64,000 bases of DNA from Caulobacterales bacterium (GTDB lineage: Bacteria; Pseudomonadota; Alphaproteobacteria; Caulobacterales; Caulobacteraceae). Below are positions 1-7,490 of this stretch, one piece after another. The stretch lies in contig JBBRQW010000003.1 in assembly GCA_038225765.1 (NCBI GenBank), forward strand, positions 11-64,010, read 5' to 3'. The position numbers and the translations under genes were made by a program. Within the stretch, counting starts at the first letter, position 1. The number at the start of each line of letters is the position of its first letter. The notes below the pieces were generated by a model. That model was not told the origin of the DNA and searched no databases. It was given only the letters and a program-made list of their open reading frames with translations.

Positions 1-111
1 GCCTTCTGCCGCATCAAAGACTTCCGCCGCGTCGCCACCCGATACGACAAGCTCGCCGCCAACTTCCTATCCGCCGTCGCCCTCGCCTCGCTCCTCACTT
101 ACTGGCTGTGA
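1..111 (+). mobile_element. IS5/IS4-superfamily (IS427-like) DDE transposase, last 36 codons only; the element continues left of the window
   Basis: Frame-1 translation AFCRIKDFRRVATRYDKLAANFLSAVALASLLTYWL* is the conserved C-terminal tail (R-x-ATRYDK...NFL) of IS5-family transposases. Stop codon at 109-111. The IS end should lie a few tens of nt downstream but could not be delimited. Confidence 0.7.
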
Positions 112-600
112 ATGAGTCTGGAGCCTAGGATGAAAGCCAGCAGGTCCGCAGAGATCCCGAAATCAGTTTTTTCTTGATCGACGACGGCACTGTCAAGACA
201 ATTGAGTATAGCCTATTTTTGACCGAAAATCGCTGCGTGCATGTCGAAAGTTACTCAGCGAAAACAACGATCCGGTGCACCGCCGGTGGGGCAAAAAGCC
301 CAGTATAGAATTTGCTTTGACAACGCCGGCCGGACAGATGACCGCACCCCGACAGATCGTCAACTCAGCCCAATTTCACCCTAGCGGAGCAGGGGCCATC
401 CACAGATGACAGCACCAGACCGCGCCCCTCACCGCGTGGGGGGGGCGACAGCGGCATTAGGAAACGGGACCATGAGTTTCGGCCCCACTGGTTGCGCTGA
501 AAAGAGGCGCGCCAAGGAGGACGGAAGGCCGCAACGGCGGAGACGCGCTGCGGGCTCGCGGGCCGCAGTCCCCTACCATAGAGAGTATAGGCGAGCTAGG

Positions 601-1440
601 ATGTTCGCTCAGGGTTTAAGCCGGGTTCCGATAAAGCCAATGGCAGACGAAACAGCAGCCGGGGATCGAACCGATCGCTCCCCGGACCTGAAAGATCGTC
701 TCGCGATTTTCCTGTCGAGATTTCAGGAGCTTCGCGTTGTTCGTCCAACTCAAATATTCACCGTAGTCATTAGGCTGCGTCACTACCTGGAAGAAGCGCG
801 CCGCGCGGGCCTCACGCCCAACGTTGCGCAAGTCAACCTATTTTCGCTGACCGCAGCGAAGCTTAGTGCGACGTTGGACCAGTTGCGCTCGCCCCTCGCC
901 TTGGCGCGGACATCGGGCGCGGCGCTGAACATCTGGCGCGTCGCTGGCCTCAAGCGCAACGAGGTGCGCAACGCCGCAGTCCTAGCGTGGTTCTTGGATC
1001 CCAAAGGCTCGCACGGACTGGGCACGGCATGCATTTATCATCTTCTCCACGAAGCCTTCCGAGACCATGCCGATTGGCTACCAGGAGAGCCCAGTCTGGC
1101 GAACGCCAGCGTGCGGACCGAGTTAAGGCCGCAGGGTAGCGACACCGATCGAGTCGACATAGCCATGGAAGGCGACTCCTTCCTGATTTTTATGGAAGTG
1201 AAAATCGACGCGCTGGAGGGCGTCAATCAACTTCTACGTTACGCAGCCGCGGCCCGTGCGATCGGTAAGTCTTGGTGCCTACTGTACCTGAGCTCGAGGC
1301 AACCGAAGCAACTACCGCCCAAGACCGTCCAGATAACCTGGCGTGATGTCGTAGCAACCCTCCAAGCAGTCGCCATTAATGCATCTCCCTTTACCCGGCA
1401 ACTCATGTCCCAATTCGCATCACACATACGGAAATTTTAG
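601..1440 (+). CDS. PD-(D/E)XK nuclease family protein (PDDEXK_4 / PF14281-like)
   Basis: Frame of track ORF 406..1440. It has the conserved motif NEVRNAAVLAWFLDPKGSHGLG and the catalytic-type block DRVDIAMEGDSFLIFMEVKIDALEGVNQLLRY (D ... E-x-K). The first ~65 codons of the track ORF are Arg-rich low complexity, so ATG 601 (or ATG 640) is preferred; the start is uncertain. The region has visibly lower GC than the core genome. Confidence 0.6.
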   Translation: MFAQGLSRVPIKPMADETAAGDRTDRSPDLKDRLAIFLSRFQELRVVRPTQIFTVVIRLRHYLEEARRAGLTPNVAQVNLFSLTAAKLSATLDQLRSPLALARTSGAALNIWRVAGLKRNEVRNAAVLAWFLDPKGSHGLGTACIYHLLHEAFRDHADWLPGEPSLANASVRTELRPQGSDTDRVDIAMEGDSFLIFMEVKIDALEGVNQLLRYAAAARAIGKSWCLLYLSSRQPKQLPPKTVQITWRDVVATLQAVAINASPFTRQLMSQFASHIRKF

Positions 1441-1451
1441 GAGCGCCAAAA

Positions 1452-2078
1452 ATGTCATCCGAAGAACTGGACGGTCTGATCGTCGAAAACATGGCCGATC
1501 TGGAACAGTCCTACCGGCAGTTCGAGGCCTTAGAGCGCTTGGTATTCGCACAACTCGGTCAGGCCGCCGAGGCTTGGGCCGATGAGAACGAGTGGTTCGG
1601 CAATTTCGACTATCTGGAGGGCGAACTGCGGCTCGCGCCGCTCTCCTGGAGGGCAGAGGTTGACGGCCAGAGTACCGAACCTCTCGCCTGGTTTGAACTG
1701 GTCGAGGGCGACGGCGACCCGGGAGGCGACAGCCCCGATGGGGATGCCTTCTCTCTAACGCGCCTGTGCCAAAGCCGCTCCGGGACTATCGGCTTCCGTA
1801 TTTGGCCAGTCTGGTCGAGGTGGAAGATCGAGGGGAACAAGCTTCCGGCTTGGAAACGTGCGACACGCGCCAAGTCGGGAGAGTTCACGGCCATCGGTTT
1901 CTCAATTGGCAGCGAAGGGACCGTCTTCCGGCAGGTCAAACTCGACGCTGAGAAGCTCGCGACCGGCGTCCGCCAAGGAAACATCGACGACGTGTTGGAA
2001 CCATGGCGTAATGTCCTTGGCCAATTGAAGCTAGCGCTGCCGGTCGTCAGAACCATACTCGCACCCGTAGACACATGA
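1452..2078 (+). CDS. hypothetical acidic protein, apparently co-transcribed with the PD-(D/E)XK gene
   Basis: 208-aa ORF whose ATG lies 11 nt after the upstream stop. An AGGAG Shine-Dalgarno overlaps that stop (ttTAGGAGcgccaaaaATG). The N-half is D/E-rich. No family recognised. Confidence 0.55.
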   Translation: MSSEELDGLIVENMADLEQSYRQFEALERLVFAQLGQAAEAWADENEWFGNFDYLEGELRLAPLSWRAEVDGQSTEPLAWFELVEGDGDPGGDSPDGDAFSLTRLCQSRSGTIGFRIWPVWSRWKIEGNKLPAWKRATRAKSGEFTAIGFSIGSEGTVFRQVKLDAEKLATGVRQGNIDDVLEPWRNVLGQLKLALPVVRTILAPVDT

Positions 2079-2089
2079 CCGTTCCGATC

Positions 2090-2320
2090 GGTTGTTGTCA
2101 GACCAAATTTAGCGGCGTGGTAACCGGGGCGGCCTAGGCAAGAGCCAAACAAATCCTCCGACCCGTTTCGCCGGTTCGACTCATCGCAGGAAGTGATCCA
2201 GTTAGTGGTCATGATGCACTTGCGTTACCACTTATCGCTTCGGAATGTGGAGGACCTGCTGTTTGAGCGCGGGATCGACGTTTGCCATGAAAGGAAAATT
2301 CGATACTGGGTGTTTGCCCC
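2090..2320 (+). pseudogene. IS6-family insertion-sequence remnant: IR-like end plus the first ~55 codons of the transposase
   Basis: The translation FRRFDSSQEVIQLVVMMHLRYHLSLRNVEDLLFERGIDVCHE.KIRYWV matches the N-terminal HTH region of IS6-family (IS26/IS6100-type) transposases. Similarity fades after ~2320. GGTTGTTGTCAGACCAAATTT at 2090-2110 loosely resembles an IS6 terminal inverted repeat. Confidence 0.55.
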
Positions 2321-2498
2321 ACTGCGGTTCACCGGATCAATCGAGGCTGCGTTTGGCAAGGCGGCCAACTCCATTGCCGCGACACCGCCGGCGGCGCCGA
2401 CGAGATGGACGAGGCGTCCGGCGACGGATGGGCGGAGCTCCAACCCGATCGCTCCCACGCCGGCGAAATCCGCTTCCACAACGGCGACGATTCCACAT

Positions 2499-3827
2499 TC
2501 ATCGCCCGCCCGTGGGAGACTTCTTCAACAGCCCGCTAGGAGCAGGATGGTCGGTGAGCCAGTCGAGTTGGAAGCTCTTCTCGACAGAGTGGCTTCTTCG
2601 GATGCGCGGGGGGCCGGCGCGCCGCGCTGGGCTCAGGGGCGCCGGCATCATCTCTCCACCGGCTTCTAGAAACGTAGCCCACCACCGCATCATTTCGCGG
2701 CGCTGAGCCAGCCACTCGGCGGCATTGTAGGCGGCTCGAACCTCATCGCGTTCAACGTGCGCCAGCTGCCGCTCGATCCAGTCGCGATTGAATCCCTTCT
2801 CATTGAGAATGGTCGACGCCATGCCACGAAATCCGTGGATCGTGGCGCGGTGGTGGTAGCCCATCCGGTAGAGAGCGAAGAGCATGGTGTTTTCGGAGAT
2901 GACTCCACTTTGCGTCTTCGCCGGTAGCACAAGTTCACTCCCCTCGGAGTGCCGCCGCAGCGCCACGAGAGCCGCCACAGCCGGGGGAGCTAGGGGCACG
3001 AGATGCTCGTTCCGCATCTTCATTCGAGCGGCCGGTATGCGCCAGAGGGGCGCCGCGCCCTTCAGGTCCTCGAATTCCTCCCACTGAGCAAACCGTATCT
3101 CGTTGGTGCGCACGAAGGTGAGAATCGTAAACCAGATCGCCTCGGCGGTGCGCTTGTCGCCATCGTAGTCATGCAGCGACTTCAGGAATTCCGGCAGGTC
3201 GCGAGCCTTCAACGCCGTGCGATGCTTTGCCGGAGCGGGCGTCGCGAGCGCGCCGGCGATCTCCTCGGCCGGATTCTTTGTCACGAGCCCCCCGGATTTG
3301 GCGTAGCTGAACACGTCGTTGACGTAGTTCTTGACCCGTCGGGCCGTTTCGACGGCGCCTCGGCCTTCGATCTTCCGCAGCACATCCAGCAGCTCGCCAG
3401 GACCGATTGCATCGATCGGAACCTCGCCGATCTGGCTTATGACGTCCGCCTCGATCCGGCTCCATATCCGCTTCCGATAAGCCTCGACCCAGCCACTCTT
3501 GCGCGCTTCGAACCACCGTTGCGCCACCTTCGCGAAGGTGTGGTCGGCGGCGACGCCGGTTTTTTGGTTGCGCCGCATTCTGGACGGATCGCGCCCTTCC
3601 CGCAGGGACCGCTTTGCATCGTCGCGCTGGTCTCTCGCCTCCGCGAGCCCCACGAGCGGAAATGCGCCCATCGCCAAGGTGTTGCGTTTGCCCGCGAAGC
3701 GATAATCCAGGCGCCAAAGCCTCGAGCCGGTGGGCGTCACCAGCAGATAGAGTCCGCCAGAATCAGGAATCTTGTACGGTTTCGACTTCGGCTTCGCGCT
3801 TTTGATGGCGACGGCGGAAAGAGGCAT
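2499..3827 (-). CDS. int: P4-type tyrosine recombinase / phage integrase (DUF4102 N-terminal arm-binding domain)
   Basis: 442-aa ORF. The N-terminus KSKPYKIPDSGGLYLLVTPTGSRLWRLDYRFAGKRNTLAMGAFP is the typical DUF4102 signature. The C-terminal catalytic region contains HGFRGMAST and HVERDEVRAAYNAAEW. The gene lies 163 nt from the 3' end of a tRNA gene on the same strand. The last ~50 residues look like a non-native extension. Confidence 0.9.
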   Translation of the reverse strand: MPLSAVAIKSAKPKSKPYKIPDSGGLYLLVTPTGSRLWRLDYRFAGKRNTLAMGAFPLVGLAEARDQRDDAKRSLREGRDPSRMRRNQKTGVAADHTFAKVAQRWFEARKSGWVEAYRKRIWSRIEADVISQIGEVPIDAIGPGELLDVLRKIEGRGAVETARRVKNYVNDVFSYAKSGGLVTKNPAEEIAGALATPAPAKHRTALKARDLPEFLKSLHDYDGDKRTAEAIWFTILTFVRTNEIRFAQWEEFEDLKGAAPLWRIPAARMKMRNEHLVPLAPPAVAALVALRRHSEGSELVLPAKTQSGVISENTMLFALYRMGYHHRATIHGFRGMASTILNEKGFNRDWIERQLAHVERDEVRAAYNAAEWLAQRREMMRWWATFLEAGGEMMPAPLSPARRAGPPRIRRSHSVEKSFQLDWLTDHPAPSGLLKKSPTGGR

Positions 3828-3990
3828 GACGGTATCCGGTCGGTACGAGTCGGATCGATGCCGACAGAAATACCGTCTCAGAGTCTTGGATGCAACCGAA
3901 CGGTGCCAAGCCTGCCTGGACGCAAAATTGCGATATTACCACAAGTTGAACATCCTTCCGGACCTCCTGAGATGCCCTGGAAACTAAGAA

Positions 3991-4067
3991 TGGTAGGCCC
4001 GGCAGGACTCGAACCTGCAACCAGACCGTTATGAGCGGCCGGCTCTAACCAATTGAGCTACGGGCCC
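3991..4067 (-). tRNA. tRNA-Met (anticodon CAT); elongator-like, tRNA-Ile2(lysidine) not excluded
   Basis: The reverse complement GGGCCCGTAGCTCAATTGGTTAGAGCCGGCCGCTCATAACGGTCTGGTTGCAGGTTCGAGTCCTGCCGGGCCTACCA folds as a cloverleaf. It has a 7-bp acceptor stem, D arm GCTC/GAGC, anticodon loop CTCATAA, T arm GCAGG-TTCGAGT-CCTGC and an encoded CCA. The anticodon stem lacks the three consecutive G-C pairs of initiator tRNA. Confidence 0.9.
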
Positions 4068-4178
4068 CCGGTTGGCGGGGCGCCAGCGGTTATCACGGCG
4101 CGGGCGCCGCTTAAAGCGCACGTTCAGGTTCGCTTCGCCAGGGATGGCTGATAGGATCAGGCCAAGGAGGCCACCCCC

Positions 4179-4913
4179 ATGAAACGCTCGCCTGTCGCCG
4201 GGGCCATCGCCGCCCTTGTCCTGACATCAGCCCCCCTCGCCGCCGCCGCCCAGGCGCCAACCGGGGGGACCGACTCCGCTTTCGCGGCCACCACCTTGAC
4301 CCTGGCCGCCTACGGAGAGGCCAGGATCGCGCCGGACATGGCGACGATCAGCCTGGGGGTGGAGACGGCGGCCCCGAGCGCGGCGGGCGCCATGCGCGCC
4401 AACGCCGAGCGGATGGCGCGGGTGGTCGCGGCCTTGAAGAGCGCCGGGATCGAGGGGCGCGACCTGCAGACCGCCAACCTTTCCCTGACGCCGCAATACG
4501 CCTATGAGCAGAACCGCCCCGCCAGGCTCACCGGCTACCAGGCCTCCAATCAGCTCACCGTCACGGTGCGGGACCTGACGCGCCTGGGGGCGGCGGCCGA
4601 CGCCGTGGTCGGGGCCGGCGCCAACACCATCAGCAATATCGCCTTTGGCCTCGCCAATCCGGTGTCGGCCGAAAACACGGCGCGGATCGCGGCGGTCAAG
4701 GCGCTGGAGGACAAGGCCGCCCTTTACGCCCAGGCGACGGGCTATCGCATCGGCCGGTTGGTGAACCTGAGCGAAGGCGGCGGCTATGCGCCATCGCCGC
4801 CCAGGCCGATGCCGATGATGGCCATGCGCGCCGAAGCCGCGCCGACGCCGGTGGAGGCGGGCGAACTGAATGTGCGCATCGACATCACCGGGATGTTCGA
4901 ACTGGCGAAATAG
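4179..4913 (+). CDS. SIMPL-domain (DUF541, BP26/Omp28-like) periplasmic protein
   Basis: Signal peptide MKRSPVAGAIAALVLTSAPLAAAAQA. The body (IAPDMATISLGVET..., LTGYQASNQLTVTVRDL, ALEDKAALYA) is typical of SIMPL proteins. AAGGAGG lies 8 nt upstream of the ATG. Confidence 0.85.
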   Translation: MKRSPVAGAIAALVLTSAPLAAAAQAPTGGTDSAFAATTLTLAAYGEARIAPDMATISLGVETAAPSAAGAMRANAERMARVVAALKSAGIEGRDLQTANLSLTPQYAYEQNRPARLTGYQASNQLTVTVRDLTRLGAAADAVVGAGANTISNIAFGLANPVSAENTARIAAVKALEDKAALYAQATGYRIGRLVNLSEGGGYAPSPPRPMPMMAMRAEAAPTPVEAGELNVRIDITGMFELAK

Positions 4914-4917
4914 GCCC

Positions 4918-5388
4918 TCACAGTCCCGCGCCCGCGAACGCCGCGGCCAGGCGGGCGATCATCTCCTGGCCGGGAAGGGCCCGCTGGCCTTCCATCACCG
5001 CCGAATAGACCAGGTCGCGTTTGCCGGCGATCCTGCCCTCCGCCCAGCCGACCCGGCGCGTTCCGTCGGGAGTGGAGGGGCAACTGGCGCCGCGCCCGTC
5101 GGCCGCGCCCGCCAGCGCCAGGGCGTTCTCCGCCGACATGACGCCTGGCCGGTCGCAGGCCGGCAGGCCGCGCACACAGTTGAAGCGCTCGCCGTAGCGA
5201 TAGACGATCCTGCGGCTGGCGCGATCGGCGATCACGACGCAGGTGGTGGGATCGCCGATGGTCTCGGCGATGGCGCGGTCGAGGGCGTCGGCGGGGAGGC
5301 CGCCGGCGGGCGCCGAACCGGCCGGCTTGGCGCAACCCGCCAGGAGCAGCGCCCCGACCGCTCCGATCGCCACCCAGTGTCCGGCCAT
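4918..5388 (-). CDS. hypothetical lipoprotein
   Basis: Internal ATG of track ORF 4918..5541 gives MAGHWVAIGAVGALLLAGCAK (lipobox LLAGC). Four further Cys residues. No family confidently recognised; start uncertain (ATG 5412 is possible). Confidence 0.5.
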   Translation of the reverse strand: MAGHWVAIGAVGALLLAGCAKPAGSAPAGGLPADALDRAIAETIGDPTTCVVIADRASRRIVYRYGERFNCVRGLPACDRPGVMSAENALALAGAADGRGASCPSTPDGTRRVGWAEGRIAGKRDLVYSAVMEGQRALPGQEMIARLAAAFAGAGL

Positions 5389-5552
5389 CGCCGCCTCCCT
5401 CAACGGGTCCATCCTCAATCCACAACAGGGGGCTAGCGGAATCAACCCTTGGTTCCGCGGCGCTTCAAGATAGCGCCGCCTCGCCTTGACCTCGCGGCGG
5501 CCCCGCCCGATGGTGGCGGGCAAATCAAACGCCTGTTTCAAGGAAAGCGCCG

Positions 5553-6314
5553 ATGACTCTGTTCGATCTGACCGGCAAGGTCGCCGTCGTCACCGGCTCG
5601 ACCAAGGGAATCGGCAAGGCGATCGCGCAGCGGCTGGCCGAGCATGGGGCCAAGGTGGCGATCTCCTCGCGCAAGGCTGGCCCGTGCGAAGAGGTCGCCG
5701 CCGCGATCAACGCCGAACATCCCGGCGCCGCCATCGCCGTCCCGGCCAATATCTCGTCCAAGGACGACCTTCAGAGGCTGGTGGACGAGACTCGCGCCGC
5801 TTATCGCAAGATCGACATCCTGGTCTGCAACGCCGCCTCCAACCCCTATTTCGGGCCCATGTCGGGCATCACCGACGAGGCGTTCCGCAAGATTCTCGAC
5901 AACAACATTGTCTCCAACCACTGGCTGATCCACATGGCCGCCCCGGAGATGGCGGAGCGGCGAGACGGGGCGATCGTCATCGTCTCTTCGATCGGCGGCC
6001 TGCGCGGCAACAGCGTTCTGGGCGCCTACGCCATCTCCAAGGCCGCCGACATGCAGCTGGCCCGCAACCTCGCCCAGGAACTGTCGCCCAGCAATATCCG
6101 GGTCAACTGCATCGCCCCGGGCCTGGTCAAGACCGACTTCGCCCGCGCCCTGTGGGATACGCCGGAAGCCGAAACCCGCTCCAGCGCCGCGACGCCGCTG
6201 CGCCGCCTGGGCGAGCCCGACGACATCGCCGGCGCGGCGGTCTTCCTGGCCTCCCGCGCCGGCGCCTGGATGACCGGCCAGACCATCGTGGTCGACGGCG
6301 GGGCGACGAGTTAG
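5553..6314 (+). CDS. SDR-family oxidoreductase (short-chain dehydrogenase)
   Basis: TGSTKGIGKAIA cofactor-binding motif, NAASN, and catalytic YAISKAA (YxxxK). Confidence 0.9.
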   Translation: MTLFDLTGKVAVVTGSTKGIGKAIAQRLAEHGAKVAISSRKAGPCEEVAAAINAEHPGAAIAVPANISSKDDLQRLVDETRAAYRKIDILVCNAASNPYFGPMSGITDEAFRKILDNNIVSNHWLIHMAAPEMAERRDGAIVIVSSIGGLRGNSVLGAYAISKAADMQLARNLAQELSPSNIRVNCIAPGLVKTDFARALWDTPEAETRSSAATPLRRLGEPDDIAGAAVFLASRAGAWMTGQTIVVDGGATS

Positions 6315-7480
6315 CCGTTCCGCCTCGAAAGCTCCCGCGCCCTGGCCAGCCGCCGCGCGCCCTCGTCCAACGTCTCGTCAGCCTTGGCGAAACACAGGCG
6401 GACGATCGATGTCACCGGGTCGGTTTCGTAGAAGGCCGACACCGGGATGGCCGCCACGCCGGCCTCCTTCACCGCCCGCAGGCAGAAATCCCGGTCGCCT
6501 TCGTCGATGCCCGAGGCGGCCAGATCGACGTTGAGGAAATAGGTGCCGGCGCTCTCCAGAACCGCGAAACCCTCGCCGTGCAAAGCCGCCGCCAGGCGGT
6601 CGCGGGAACGGGCCAGATCGGCCGGCATGGCGGCGAACCAGTCGTCGCCATGGGCCAGTCCCCAGGCCACCGCCGCCTGCAGATTGGGCGGCGTGGTGAA
6701 GGTAAGGAACTGGTGGGCCTTGGCGAGCACCGTCGTCAGCGCCGGCGCGGCGCAGATGAACCCCACCTTCCAGCCGGTGAGGGCGAACATCTTGCCGGCC
6801 GAGCCGATCTTGACGCAGCGGTCTCGCATTCCAGGAAAGGTCATCAAAGGCAAATGACGGGCCGGGGCGAACACCACCTGCTCCCACACCTCGTCGCACA
6901 CCGCGACGGCGTCGAAGCGCACGCAGAATTCGGCCAGCAGGGCCAGATCGCTCTTTGGGCAGACGCTGGCGGTGGGGTTCAGGGGGTTGTTCAGAACCAC
7001 CAGGCGGGTGCGCTCGCTGAACGCGGCCTCCAGCATCGCGCGGTCGAAGCGCCAGTGGGGCGGCTGAAGGCTGACCAGCTTCGCCACCCCGCCGGCCCGC
7101 CGCACCATGGGCAGATAGGCGTCGTAGAGCGGCTGAAACAGCACCACCTCGTCGCCCGGCTCGATCAGGGCCAGGAAGGCGCAGGCCAGGGCCTCGGTGG
7201 CCCCGGAGGTGACCGTGACTTCGGATTTCCAGTCCAGGTCCAGGCCCTGGAACCGGCCATAGTGGCGGGCGACCGCCTCGCGCAGTTCGGCAAGGCCGGC
7301 CATGGGCGGATACTGGTTATAGCCGTTCAGCACCGCCTCGGCGGCGTGGCGGCGGATCGACTCGGGCCCTGGTTCGTCGGGAAACCCCTGGCCCAGATTG
7401 ATCGCCCCGTGCTCCCGCGCCAGGCCGCTCATCACCTCGAAGATGGTCGTCGGCAGGGCGGCATAGATCAGGTTGGCCAT
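6311..7480 (-). CDS. class I/II PLP-dependent aminotransferase (YbdL / kynurenine-oxoglutarate transaminase-like)
   Basis: 389-aa ORF with INLGQGFPD, NNPLNPT and the PLP-lysine region SAGKMFALTGWKVGF. Confidence 0.88.
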   Translation of the reverse strand: MANLIYAALPTTIFEVMSGLAREHGAINLGQGFPDEPGPESIRRHAAEAVLNGYNQYPPMAGLAELREAVARHYGRFQGLDLDWKSEVTVTSGATEALACAFLALIEPGDEVVLFQPLYDAYLPMVRRAGGVAKLVSLQPPHWRFDRAMLEAAFSERTRLVVLNNPLNPTASVCPKSDLALLAEFCVRFDAVAVCDEVWEQVVFAPARHLPLMTFPGMRDRCVKIGSAGKMFALTGWKVGFICAAPALTTVLAKAHQFLTFTTPPNLQAAVAWGLAHGDDWFAAMPADLARSRDRLAAALHGEGFAVLESAGTYFLNVDLAASGIDEGDRDFCLRAVKEAGVAAIPVSAFYETDPVTSIVRLCFAKADETLDEGARRLARARELSRRNG

Positions 7481-7490
7481 GGACGGCCCC

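Noticed and set aside
406-600. Upstream 65 codons of the PD-(D/E)XK ORF as part of the protein
   Set aside because: The translation (…AEKRRAKEDGRPQRRRRAAGSRAAVPYHREYRRAR) is Arg-rich low complexity, unlike the rest of the protein, and the family does not need it. It is probably 5' UTR, though the exact start remains uncertain.
3991-4067. Calling the CAT-anticodon tRNA an initiator tRNA-fMet
   Set aside because: The anticodon stem lacks the three consecutive G-C pairs, and position 1-72 is G-U rather than the C-A mismatch of bacterial initiators. Elongator Met versus Ile2(lysidine) cannot be resolved by eye.
4918-5388. Annotating the small lipoprotein as a class D beta-lactamase / PBP-like fragment
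   Set aside because: There are only vague resemblances at the two ends (…TCVVIADRASRRIVYRYG… and …VGWAEGRIAGKRDLVYSAV…) and no SxxK or KTG motifs. The protein is too short for the fold, so it is left as hypothetical.
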